From Spirogloea muscicola (taxonomy: Eukaryota), in NCBI GenBank assembly GCA_009602725.1, contig WELB01000023.1:323637-387636 (forward strand): a stretch of DNA of 64,000 nt, in the 5' to 3' direction. The position numbers and the translations under genes are program-made. The notes beneath the pieces were generated by a model. The model was not told the origin of the DNA and ran no database searches. It worked only from the letters and a program-made list of their open reading frames with translations. Below, piece after piece: positions 10,095 through 22,654 of the stretch. Within the stretch, counting starts at the first letter, position 1. The number at the start of each line of letters is the position of its first letter.

Positions 10095-12785
10095 CTAGAG
10101 GCCAAATTCAGCTTTCAGGTAGTCGCGGATGGTGATTGCCACGTCAGCTTGCTTCTTGAGGTTGCGGGTAACGCTTTGGAGCATACTGGAAGGTGGTATA
10201 TACAACAATCTGGTCAGCGAAGCTGTTTAACATACAATTCAAATATTGCCCAACATCTGACCTTAGACTGCAGCATTTTACCAAGATCTGAAGGTTAAGC
10301 CTCAGCAATGCCACGTATACATCCTTCCAGTGATTTTCAGTGTGGAGCATACCTCCTCTTCTCCTTAGCAGGGAGAATGATGACATCATGCTGGCGTGAC
10401 TTGGCAAACTCCTTGGCCAAATCTTCGTCGATGTTAAAAGCCTCGAGGGCCAGCTCGGGAGGAATGGCTTTGTAGACAGCATTGGCACCTGCCAAGTAAC
10501 TGGCAAATGGAGTGGAAGATGTAGTCACTGCAACCACTTCAAGACCCTCATCCCCAGCCACCTGCCAGTAAGAAGCCACAGTAAATGTCTGTGTATTGTG
10601 CAGATGTAAAGTCGATAGTACAGCTGTATGTTTGTGTCGAAGTACGACAGTCTTACAAATATGCCTCCCATACAACTACCACAAGACAACATCAATGATC
10701 TGAACGTTTCGTAGGCACTTTGATACAGGGCAATATCAAATCTTACTACACACTCCAAAGCTGCAAAAGTTCCAAAAGTAAGACAAATTACTGCTTACCA
10801 TCGTGAATGGGAACAGTTTTGGCACAATCACCACATCTCCACATTCCACCTTGGTGTCAAGTCCCTTGTGGCCGTCAGGGTAAGCAATCTCAACTCTTCC
10901 AGTCCCCTTAATGACGTACACAATGTTGGCTGCATTCAGTGTCCAGCCTGGAGCAATAATGGCATCCGCCTGCACAAGGGCGACATTCTCAGACATACTC
11001 TGCTGAACAGCAAGAGAGAAACACTAATAGGCAGTTAAGTGCGCTGTAAACTGTAACACAGTAACAAGGGGCGAAGCGGTCCAAGGCATGTTGATGAAGG
11101 TGCAACACGCACCTCAAGTTTCAGATGCGTCACTGAGAGCCCCACTGCCTTGAGGATGGGGAGCTTGAACGAGGTGACGACAGAAAGGCGACCACCATCC
11201 TCAACCACAAATTCTGGGCGAGATTCAAGGAGGTTATAGACCAAATCTCCAAAGACACTGTTGTCGCTCTCCACAGGTAAGGAAACCTGCAAAGCAACAA
11301 AAGGAAAGGTTGCTGCCTTAGTACTGCAGCAAACGACCTCAAGTTGTGCCCAGTGTCCCCATCTCCTTCAGAAGCATGAAGATTACCTTCTTCTCCACCT
11401 TGATGATAGCAGTCTTCTCCTGGGCAGATAGAAGCTTCTCAACCACTTCCTCATCAACATCCCAGGCAGCTGCTAATACATCGGCACTGCAAAGATCCAA
11501 ATGAAAGCATCAGCTACATCACATGATTATGAAATCCAACTGCAATGCACAGCATGGTTTATATTATTGGATGAAATTGTGTGTCGCACAGCACGCTCAG
11601 GTACGTTGATCCAGTAAAAAACAGTGCTAGGATGTAGTGAGGAACCTGAAGCCGTGCAGAATACCACCAGTGTAATTTGCCTTGCCGCCCACCAAGTGGA
11701 AGGCAGTGTACTTTCCAGTCCTTGGACCATTTGACGTGTCAGCAACCCCAAAGATTCTGAAAGGCTTCTCACCGCAATTGTAGGCCCAGAAAGCCCAACC
11801 TGCTGGTGTTACCAACACATCGCCCTTTGTCAGATACCTGCATTCAAAGTATAATCATTCGTAAGACAAGGATATGACACCAGAGAGGAAGTAAATCGAG
11901 GCCGCATTTGTGGTTGATGCTATCTGACATTCCAAATGCCAGTAGAATGACTAATTTGCTACATATCACTTGCGCCTCACTGGCAGTCTTTCGGTGTATG
12001 TCAGTCTTCCTAAGATACTGACATGTAGAGATGAAATCAGAACAGTCATGCCTTGCTGCAGAACAGTGTCAAATTCCTGATGATGTCATTGTTGTCAGTT
12101 TCAGATCAACGAATTGATTGGACCGACAGGAAGTAAAAGTGATTTAAAGTGTTGTGCAAATCTGCACATCTGCTTACCTCACATTGGTGGGAATGCCAAA
12201 AGGCGTAATCAAGCCCACCGCAGCATGGCCCTCGAGCACATAGCTGACTTGAGGGGCATCAGTGTACTTGGGCAGCGAGAAGCCCTGCGGCTCAAGGCGG
12301 ATCAAGGCTGCTCCAACATTCGCCTCCTGTTCATATACTGCCTTCGACTTAAGTGTTTCTTCCAGAGTGCTTACTAATCGCGACAGATCAGCAACCGATT
12401 TGTCAAGCCTTACTAATCGCGACAGATCAGCAACAGATTTGTCAAGCAAGAAGAGTAGCACCAGGCACTCGTGCACATAGAGAATGTCTGCTCACAGGAG
12501 CTAGATTGTCAGCAGAGAGCAATGGTGAAGGCACTATGGAAGCCTGACGCATACATGTTACACAATGCACAGTAATAGACACCACAGAGGAGAATGTCAA
12601 ATTGACACCTCAATAAGCTTGAAGTCGGAGCTCCAGACAGAGACGCTGCCGCCCTCAGTATCGATCACTGCAACTGGCTCGGGTGCGACAAATGTGTCGC
12701 TGCCCAGCGCCGCAGCGGAGGCGGCGAGGGAGCAGGCGAGGAGGAGGCTCAGGGCAACGGCGGTGGCCCAGCCGGAGACGGCCAT
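10095..12785 (-). CDS. Bicupin 11S globulin/legumin-glutelin-like protein, copy 2 (signal peptide)
   Basis: MAVSGWATAVALSLLLACSLAASAAA; DTEGGSVSVWS; GAALIRLEPQGFSLPKYTDAPQVSYVLEG; FHLVGG...GILHGF; ADAIIAPGWTLNAANIVYVIKGTGRVEI; GDEGLEVVAVTTSSTPFASYLAGANAVYKAIP. Final exon ...RDYLKAEFGL*. Intron positions match copy 1. Confidence 0.9.
12370..12447. repeat. 2 x 39-bp tandem duplication in intron 1 of cupin copy 2
   Basis: cttactaatcgcgacagatcagcaa(c/c)(c/a)gatttgtcaagc twice, one mismatch. Confidence 0.9.
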
Positions 12786-13295
12786 GGCGGCGCAGGAGTG
12801 CCTAAGGGAGGGCGGCAAGGGAGCTGGCACACTAATCAGCTATCGGGTTTAGTCGATATGGAGAGACGAGTGGATGAAATGTCGAAGATGGAGACGATGG
12901 AGGAGAGAGTGCTCTGCAGCGCGGCTGGAGCTGGCGCGCGAGCGGGCGGGCCACGGCGGCGCCCCCACGGCGGTCCACGCGGGGCCCGAGCCAGCTCGAG
13001 CGACGCCCATGGACCCTTTCTGACTTTCAATGGACCCCGAGCCCGGCAGACTGGCGGCGCCTCCCGATCTGGCGCACCCAACGCTGGCACGCGGCCAGAC
13101 CGCCTCTGGCCCGGCACCAAGTCGGCCCCCCCGCCACACTGGCTAAGCTTCCAGATCTAGCCAGGAATGAAATGGACCCGAAACTTGCTAGCCGCGCTTG
13201 GCTGGCGTCTGCCACTCAGCTACACGTTGCCGAGTCGGATGCCATGTGGCGGACAGGCTGCCGCGCACGCCGGCGGGCGGTGCCCGTACAAAGAG

Positions 13296-13435
13296 TGGAG
13301 AAGAGGCGCGCGATGCGCATAAAAATGAAAAGAGGCCAATTCGAGCCAATACATTGTTCAGCAAAATTCAGTGCCAAAAAGATGCAAGGAAGGGAGGTCA
13401 CGCCAAGCCAGCAAATTGTTCATGCACTAGCTAGT
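13296..13435 (+). repeat. Diverged short copy of the Helitron-like family
   Basis: gagaagaggcgcgcgatgcgcata...gaggccaattcgagccaatacattgttcag resembles 29945-30006; ends in ctagctagt. Confidence 0.5.
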
Positions 13436-15937
13436 GCGAGAAGGGGCCTGCAAAAGCAAAGCCCTAGGCTGAGGGGCTGACGTGACAAACCGAAAGCACA
13501 GCTGCTTCCAGCCCTTCCAGCTCATTTCTTGGCTTGTTCATTGCTTTGGGCTGGCCATTCTTCTGGCCTGGCTTTTCACGCTCCCCACCCCATTTGGATG
13601 AGCTCACTTCTTGGGGCTTGCCTCACACAGCCACTGCCTTACATTGAAAGAGCTGACTCTTCTTTCAGACCTTGTTCAGTTCCTCAAGCCCTTTGGAAGA
13701 GCTTACGTCTTACTTCTTGCGAGATCCCTGCTATGTTCGGGCTGGTCTCTCACAGCTACTGCCTGGAACAAGAGCTGCTTCTTCTGGAGGAGAGGGACTT
13801 CATTACCCACGAATGAGCACAGAGATGTCGACAGGCTAAAGTAGGGAGCCAGAGCACCGCCACAAAGACAGTGGCCTTACTTTATTGTGCGCCCAGCAGT
13901 CTGATGACCGACCAAAGGGAGCGCTGCCACAGCAAGAACTGCATCCTGCACATTAATGCTTGCGGTACCTTTGGAACTTCTTCACTTTTCTGGGGGCTGG
14001 CCTTTCACAGCCCTCGCCCCTTTGTAAGAGCTGCTACTATGCTGCGGAATGGTAGTATACTTCAAGCTGCCTCCACCAGTGCGACGGCGTGTGTCAACCA
14101 GCTGGGCCAGACCTTGCCAGATGTCTCTGATGCACAACATGTGTCCGGCCAGGCACAGTCGGCGTGGGTGCCTCCGATTTAACAGCAGTAATGAGTAGAG
14201 TATTAAGAGGAGGTGAGGCCCGCCACTTCAGAGTTGGCAATCACGATCAGACGCCGCCTCAAAAGGCTTGCCAGCGGTGGTTTCTTGAGTGATGGGCATG
14301 ATGCCCGACACCTCCATGGCCGGCTGGTACTCAGCTTTGGGAACAATTCCAACATAGCATCTCTTCAGAGGGTGTAAGGCAACGCACTGACCACCCAGGG
14401 GCAGTGGAAGGTGGTTCCTGACGGTGATCATGCGGCGTCGCGTGCCGACTTCAAAGAGCACACTGTCCGCCAGATCAGACAGCAGCCGGCACCACCCGCG
14501 AGATCGATTCCGCTCGAGATGAGGGACATCCGGCCGCCCAAGGCAGGCAGGTGGCATTCAGTGGCCTCACAGCCATCCTAGCAGTGCCCCCAATTAATTC
14601 CGCAAGAATAAGCGTGATCTTTCCAGCTCCCTTCCATCGGCTCTCCGGGGGGTGTCCGAGTGGCTAAACGCTCGGCCACTATACGAATACTTTCAGTACT
14701 ACCGTGATAACCTCAGGACGACCTATTCCGACAGCATCTGCACCATCTCAGCCTCATGCACCTTTGCTGATGATGAGGTCTCTCTGGCTGCACACATGGT
14801 CAGGTTTTTGAGGGTGGTGACCGCATTGCCATCCACAACCTACTGAGAGATGCTATTGGCTGTGTTTGTGAGGCTGTGTATCATCTGGTGACACCTGGGC
14901 ATAATTCCCGTCACCAAGAGACAATCGCCGGCAAGCATACGAGTGCGGTCCAGATTCGGTCGCCACCCCGTGGAGCGGTGTCCCTCTCTTGACGTTGTAC
15001 TCGTCCACGCTTTTGATAGAGAATCACGCTCGCCAAGTGTGCCCTGGCTAACCCACGCAAAGCACAGAAAGGAGAGGCTCTACAAGGACCTACCCCAGTG
15101 AGACCAGTTCTGTCCGTGCGCTGTGAATGTCTGGAGGTTAATAAAACAGCGGTCCTCCCTCCTACAGCGTCTGGCCCCGGTCATTGACACGCGTGTCCAA
15201 GTCGGGGCAGCTCGGGCCATATTAGCATTCCGCAGGCGTTGATTACGTCTTACTGGATGGGCCTCTCGCTACATTTGCAGCGCTCCCAGGAATTCGGCCA
15301 TTCATCAGCGTGCGGGGCGCAATATGCCAGGCCACTGGCTTCCGTGGCGGTGGTCGGCCTCCCCCAGCCAGCTTGTCAAATTTGCATGTGCCACCCACGG
15401 GTACAGTGGGATGCCTAGCCAGAGAATGGCCACCACCTTGGTGGTGGTACGAGCGGTAGCGATGGAGCTCGTCGTGGCTACAATAGTCCCCCCTCCAGCT
15501 GTACTTTGTCGTATTGCCCTCAACAATCCTTGACCAAGCGCACTGCTTTGTGTAGCCCCGTAAGTATGCACTATATTGGGGGTGGAGGAGGCGCTGAGGA
15601 GGCCGCAGGTGCAGGCTTTTAAGCATATGCCTGCTAGCAGAGATACGGGACCAGCCAGGGTGCCACTGAGACGTCACCGGCAACTGACCAGGAAAGGCAA
15701 ATACCAGGGACGCATCTACCGGCCATCAGCTGTGAATGAACGGAAAGTCAAAGGAGATGTCACTGGCAACTATCCAGGAAAAGATTGATCACAGCACTCA
15801 CACCGGCAAAAGCAAAAGTGAAGTGAAAGTACTAGTGTGTACAATGTTGAAATGCGCTTGGCTGGAGGAGCACGAGCGCCATGGGGTAATGAGCAAGGTG
15901 GGGAAGGATGTGCAACGGCTTCCCTTGGTGATACGCC

Positions 15938-18170
15938 TTGATCGTGGGTGCATCGTCGTTCAATCCGAGCAGCTGCAGGCGGGGCCCAGTCCCCATTACC
16001 ATCTTCTCGTCATTTGCCCACTTCCAAGATGACGCGCCAGTGGATACGGCCCTGCAGCTTTTCCCCCACCAAGGCAAGAACGAGCACGCCACGTGGCGCG
16101 TTGCCGTGCCGCCAATTGGCGGCGATCGGCGCCCCCGCCTTGCCGCGGCCGCCGCAGCCGCAGCCGGCAACGCCGCCGCGTCCTCGCCGCCGCCGCCNNN
16201 NNNNNNNNNNNNNNNNNNNNNNNNNNNNNNNNNNNNNNNNNNNNNNNNNNNNNNNNNNNNNNNNNNNNNNNNNNNNNNNNNNNNNNNNNNNNNNNNNNNN
16301 NNNNNNNNNNNNNNNNNNNNNNNNNNNNNNNNNNNNNNNNNNNNNNNNNNNNNNNNNNNNNNNNNNNNNNNNNNNNNNNNNNNNNNNNNNNNNNNNNNNN
16401 NNNNNNNNNNNNNNNNNNNNNNNNNNNNNNNNNNNNNNNNNNNNNNNNNNNNNNNNNNNNNNNNNNNNNNNNNNCGGCGGCGGCGAGGGGGCGGCCGCGA
16501 ACGATGCGGAGCTGCGCGCCGCGTGGCTGGCGCGCTGCCTGCCGGTGGTCGCCCAGCCGGAGCACGACGTCGCGGCTGGCTTCGGCCTCACGCGCGTGTT
16601 CGCCACCTTCCGAGCCGATGCCGCCTGCGACGAGACGCTCTGCGAGCTCGTCCTTGCCTACAAGGTTTGCCGCCGCAGCCGCTGCTGCCCCACCGCCGCC
16701 GCCGCCGCCGACCCCCCTCCCGTCCGTCACTCTATCTCGGCACCAGCACGCTCGTCGCAGCACATTACATCTCTACATTGCATCATCGTGCTGCGACAGG
16801 GCCAGTCTGGACGGCAGCCATTGCCAGCTCCGACTCTTGCATTCGGCTCCTCTGTTCACAAGCAGACGAGGGCGTCCCTCATCCAGCAGCGCCAGTCAAT
16901 GATGCTCTGTGGGTCATGATGCACCCATAACAGCCATGGCAGGGCTCGTCTTTGGGCGGCTGGTCGCTGCGGGCAACGTGGCGCAGGCTGCGCAACTTCT
17001 CAGGCCCTGCATTGACTGCGTCTTGAACGAGCGCGCCCTGCTCCAGGGCGAGGCGAGCTACAGCCGGACCGACCCTTACCACGTGAATCACTTCGCCACG
17101 CTCTTCTATATGTCGTTCAATCGCCTCGTGTGCGTCCCTCGTACGCCCGTGTCTGGTCCTTCCACCTCGTTGTCCACGGTCTCCTCTGGGTTTAGGTTCA
17201 GGATTTGAGCTTTACGTTCAGTTGAGCGCAACACAGTGTCTTGATTGTGGCAGTCATCTCATCTCTGTCGTTGCTGCACACATATGCTCACTGATGGCAA
17301 TCTCCCCGGCCCGGCAGGAGTCCTTACCGCGGCAAGCTCAATCTGCAGATTCGGTAGGACGGCTGACCTGGACTACGTTACGCTCACGGACGTGAGGCTG
17401 CACGAAACAGCAGCTGGAGGCCAGCCATGGCGCAGCTTGCGCACGCGGGACCACGCGGGGACGCAAACGTGGTCACAGGGGAACAAGGGCAACCTCCTCA
17501 ACTGGCTGTCCCTCTTCTACCACTACCAGGAGGACATCCCCTACGATGTTTGCCAGGTGCGCTAAGGAACCGCCTAGGCTGCCCGAGAGGGACTCCGTCG
17601 CGTGAGGAGGAGAATATTGTTGTCATGTGGAACCCTTGACCTTGATACTTGGCAGGATACAATCGTAATGATCCTGTGCCTCCTCATAAGTGTGCTGCCC
17701 ATCGGCACAGTCACAAGCTTCATCTTCAGATGTACTGCGAGCCGTGGCATGCATGACATTCCAACCTTGTGTAATCTCAACCATGCGCCCTCCGGACCCT
17801 TAGGTATGACAGACCCTTATGGAAAGCTCTGGGAAGGGTTTGATTAGTGGAGAGGCTTGGTTGATGGCCGTTCTTACATTTGCTTGAGGAGCGAGTGCAG
17901 AAGATGGGCGACCGGCCAATCATCTACATCAATACAGCAAACCACCTGATGGGTGAGAGGAACAACAACCCCGGGCTACCCTTGCAATTATGGAGTGACT
18001 ATGTCATCATGGACGGCGGTGTGGAGGAAGCTGAGGCGTTCGCCCGCAACCACATTCCACAGAAGCCTGTCTTGTGGGCACCATGGCATGGCAGCTGTGG
18101 CTGGCCTCCCTTTGCAAGGCCGCGGCAGAAGGCGTGCAGAGCCACCTGTTGTCGAAAGCTCTTGACTTGA
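15938..18170 (+). CDS. Unidentified multi-exon gene or pseudogene (spans an N gap)
   Basis: Coding-like blocks ELRAAWLARCLPVV...TLCELVLAYK, QLLRPCIDCVLNERALL...DPYHVNHFATLFYMSFNRL, DLDYVTLTDVRLH...NLLNWLSLFYHYQEDIPYDVCQ and PIIYINTANHLMG...WSDYVIMDGG with GT/AG-like borders. Family not recognised and boundaries uncertain. Confidence 0.4.
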
Positions 18171-19031
18171 CGTATGTAGTTGTTTTGCTTGGTGGCCCGC
18201 TTTTGCAGCCTCCATATGTGATCAGAGCTGCTTGACCACCGCAGTCCCCATACTAGAATCTGGTGGACATAGTTGAGGTGGTACGAAGCTTACACTGCAT
18301 ATGGGTGCCATGGCTTTCAGTATTGAGACATTACTTGGCAGAATGGGCGGGGTGGAGGTGGGTGAGACAGCAATGGCCATCACCTTATGCTGACAGGGAA
18401 AGAAAGACCTTGAAACTGCAGGAGTTTGCTACATGTACAATGTTGCAGAGTGCACATAGAAGTAGCCCTTCAGCATACATGCTATGAGAGTCTACTGTAG
18501 GTCTGTACAAAGAATGTGCAAGAAAGAGACATGTACAGGATTTTCGAGGTGGCTAATGGAAGCTTTGATAACCATCCTCCCTACCTACTGTGAACAAGGG
18601 GTTGCGGACTTGGAACCAGCTTTAACCTTGACCTGGACGAGCATTTGGGAGGCCGGCAGCTCCGGGACTGTACACCTGCTGTGTTTTTGGAGCTTGTTCC
18701 TTCTCGTATGTACAGGCTGGCCGCTTGCTTCTGCCACCACGAGCGCTGACTGCAACCTGCAATCAGACGCTGCTTGTGGCAGTGCCAGCAGCTTGGGATT
18801 GCCCATCTGCAGAGGCAGCACCAAGAAGCGAGCAAGTGTTAACTACAAAGGTAATGCAGTCTGCTAAGGATTATTGTACAATGCATGGAGAGCTTCCTCA
18901 GCTGAACAAGGAGGTGGCGTGCCTCTTCCTGCTGAGCTGCCGAAGGACATCTCAGAGGGCAGAGGACATATATACAGAGCGACTGAATTGCCAAGCCGTA
19001 GTTGCACAGTACAGCGGCGGCGCACCAAGGA

Positions 19032-22000
19032 TCAACGAAGGAGGCAGAGGCCGTCCACGGGTTGTGGCGACGCGAGCTGCGTGGCACCGCCAGCCAGCTC
19101 TGCCCCCAGCTGGCCCTTGGTCCCGGCGCCGCAGGCTAGGACTCGGCCGTGCTGTGTCAACAGCAGGCAGTGTGCGTCGTAGCTTGCAAACTTGGTCGCC
19201 GACGCCTGCACGATACGTTCGCCCGCCAGCAGCCCGATGGGCCGCATTCGCCGCGGCCGTGCCACGTCCGGGCCATCCTCGCCCTCTTCCCCTCCACCAT
19301 CTCCTGCCGCACCGCCGCCGTCGCCGACCTCTCCGCCGCCATGCTCCTGCTGCCTCACATTTAGAGGTTGAGAGAGGCTGCCATTGACAGCCAATACTAC
19401 GCGCTTCTAAACAGGTGTTAAGTCCCTGGCATCTAGTATCACATTTGTCATCGCAACTGGCTCACGAAAATCAGGTCCACCTGGAAATGGGTCTTAGAGC
19501 GTACACGTATTGAAGGGGTCTGTGCAAGCAAAGATACAAAGCCAACAAGAGTGCCTCACCGCGTCCAGCAAGTCCTCGCCGTCATCTTCGCCGTGGCCCA
19601 GGCATGTAGAGTCATTACACCCGAATGACCACACCTCGCCTTCCGCCGACAGCACGAACGTGGTGTAGTCACCAGCGGAGACGTGCACAGCAGGCACACC
19701 CACGAGGCTTGCGACGACCTTGGGCACCACCTCGTAGTCAGTCAGCCCGTGGCCCAGGCACCCATGCCTGCATGTAAAGGACGGGTCAGAAGGCCTCACT
19801 CAAACGACAAGCTTGTGCAGGAACAAGCAGCTGGAGCAGGCAAGGTGTTGCCATAACGACATTGCCACCACATACAGCAGTGACTTCCAAGATATGTGGC
19901 TCCCCATGGTCTGCTCTTCCAGTAGGTCCATGACTTGTTACTACCTCATTGGTCTTCTTGTTCTTCCGAGTGTTAGATTTCAGCTTTGCAGGCCTGGCCA
20001 GGAGCATGCAGCATACCAATGCTGCAGCAAATTGCTTGTGCCCAAGGTGGTTAGGTGGCTAAGGAGGAGGAGGCACACCTGCCCCAGCCCCAGGTGCAGA
20101 TGCGGCCATCAGCACCGAGAGCCGCGGCATGCCAGGCGCCGGCAGCCAATGCAACCGGCTGGAAGCCAATCGTGCGGAACTCTGCAATCTCTCGCGGTGC
20201 CCGCTCGTCTGTCCGTGTGCCATGACCGAGCTTGCCACCGAGGCCGCATCCCAAAGAAAACACCCGCCTGAGTGCACCGTACTTGTCAAGGCCGATTCAG
20301 GCTACAGTCACTGTGCAGTCTCTAAGTGAAGTCTCTAAGCGAGTACCGGCTCCTTCATGTGTCAGCAAGGGCCCCACAGAATGATGACCAGGCACAGTCA
20401 GTGTCGTCATGGCGAGACAGGCAATGGTCCAAGTCACACCTGTCGTGAGTGAGGACCATGAGGTAGCAGTAGCCTGCTGCAACCTGCACAACTGGGCAGC
20501 CATCGAGCGGGCCACCTAGTAGGTGCGGCGTGCGGTCGTCAACGTTGGTATGGTGGCCCAGGCGCTCGCCGGCACCCCACGAAAGCGTGTACACGCGGCC
20601 CTCCCGCGACAGCACCGCTGTGAAGAAGTTGCCGAGCGCCACCTGGCGCCACCGTGCGGACAGCCCCACAAGGTGCGGAGCCTGAGTAGCCGCACATCCT
20701 ATGGCTGACGCCAGTGGCTATTGCTGGCTTTGGACTGGTCGTGGCAGAGCCGCTGCCAGCTGTGCCGACAAGGTGCCTGGGAGCACCCACCTGAACGACA
20801 AAGATGCCAGCCAGCGACTCGACGAGGGTGGGCGTGGCAACAGCACGCGGCGAAGCAGCCGCGTACTCGGCCTCGCCATAGCAGTCCTTGCCGAACATGT
20901 ACACGGCGCCGCACTCGGTGACGACCATGCTCCGGCTCTTGGCCGCCGCCACGTGCGTTGCTCGGTGGCCCTGCAGCCCACTGTGGCAGGCACGGCAATA
21001 GCTGGCGGGCTCGGAGAGGAGCATGGGCGGAAGCTCGACATCCGACACCGCAGCTACAGCACTGGGCGCCGCGGTGGCGGCGGAGGCAAGGCAGGTACCA
21101 GATGACGTGGGGCCGCGCCTCGTTCTCGCGCCCGCCGTGTCCGAGCTGCCCGTGGGCACCTGCGCCAAAGGAGAGCACGGCGCCGGACGAAGCTGCGGCG
21201 AGGCTGTGGCCGGCCCCTGCAACGACCTGCGGCGCCCCGCGCCGGTAGGCAGCCTCGCCTGCAGCCAGATACGCCAGCACACGCTTCCATGACCCCCCGC
21301 ACCGCGTCCGTAAGTCGTCTTGGTCCTGCAGCACGCTCTCAAGCCCAGCCGCCGGCATTGCAGTCAGTTGCCAACCATGCTGCAGCATCCTCGCGGCTTT
21401 TGCCTGGCTGATCGTGACTCAGACCGCATGCATGCACGGTGGAGAGCCTGCCGGCGGCCGCAAGGCCTCCCTCAACTGGGCGGGTGCTGCCAAATGCTCC
21501 CGGCTGGCTAGCTGGAGTCGCGGTGCATGGCGCCCAATTGGGTGGGAGATACAGGTGGCTGCCAAGCGATACCTGCGGCGGCATGGTGGCGAAACACGGC
21601 CGCCGATTGCACATGTCCAGCGCCGCGACCTCCGGCAGGGGCAGCGCGGCATCCGGCGGGAAGTGCGCAGGCCGGTGGAAGTACGTGCATGTCGCCTGCG
21701 AGGAGCCAGGCATTTGAGCCCAATTGAGCTACAGATTCCAGTCGTTGGTGTGGGCGTCCCAAGCAATGCCGGATGCTGGCCATGGAGCCGTCGTACCGGC
21801 AATGCCTCGCATGCTCATCAAAGGCAAGGGCGCTGTGGGCAACAGGCACCGGGCCACGAATGTGACCCCACTGTTACTGCTGAATTTGAAGGCAGTAATG
21901 TCGATAAGAACGGATGTTGCGAATACATAGTGGCCAATTGCGTCTCACCTCAAGTCGTGCGAGGTCAGCGGAGCCCAGGGAGCCGCCGCCGAGGACGTGG

Positions 22001-22263
22001 AGGACGAGGGAGGGGTCGGCGGCCAGCGCAAAGTCGCCGGCCTCGCGGTGGCCGCGCCAGGCCCGCTTGCGGCCCGGCGGCTCCGAGGGCCCCGCCGCCC
22101 ATTCGAGCTCCCCGGGCGGCGCCAGGCGCAATTGGAGCTGCAGGCCGGAGCCTCCGCCGGCGGCCGCCNGCGGCGGCGGCGGCGGCGCCGGGATGGGGTC
22201 CTCCATAGCAGAGGCCCCAGCCCCTGTGCTGCTTCCGGAGCTCGGGGAAGCCTGCCCCATCAT
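19032..22263 (-). CDS. RCC1-repeat (RCC1/UVR8-like family) protein with F-box-like N-terminal region
   Basis: GDFALAADPSLVLHVL...DLARLEATCTYF; GGSWKRVLAYL; repeats VAGAGHSL...FGAGAHGQLGHG, VALGNFFTAVLSREGRVY, GCGLGGKLGHG, AAGAWHAAALGADGRICTWGWGRHGCLGHG, VSAGDYTTFVL, GAGTKGQLG. Confidence 0.9.
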
Positions 22264-22654
22264 CTTCCCCTCCCTCCCTCCTCCCTCTCCTCCCTCCTCC
22301 TCCCCCCTTTCTCCCCTCCTCCCCTCCTCCTCCCTCTCCAACCTCCTCCTCTCCTCCCCTCCTCCCTCCCTCCCCTCCTCACCTCCTCCCTCCCTCCTCC
22401 CTCCGAGTCAGGCGCCGACACCATGGCGCCACCCCCGCCCTCCCTCCTCCCCCCTCATCGCTGCGGGGCTTGCGGAGCCTCCCGGCCCATTGTCGGGCGC
22501 CCGGCAACCAAGACGGCAAGGATGCCCCCGATCGGGCGGCCGTGGAGGCCCTGCCGACCGGCGCCGGGGCTGACGGCTCTCCACTTCACGGTCCCAAGCT
22601 TCACGCAGTGCACTTGCGTCAGGCCTTGTCGTGCCGTGGCTGCTGCTGCTTCGT

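Noticed and set aside
19032..22263. UVR8 photoreceptor
   Set aside because: It has only one GWGR-like motif, lacks the repeated GWRHT motifs, and carries an F-box-like N-terminus of a different RCC1 subfamily.
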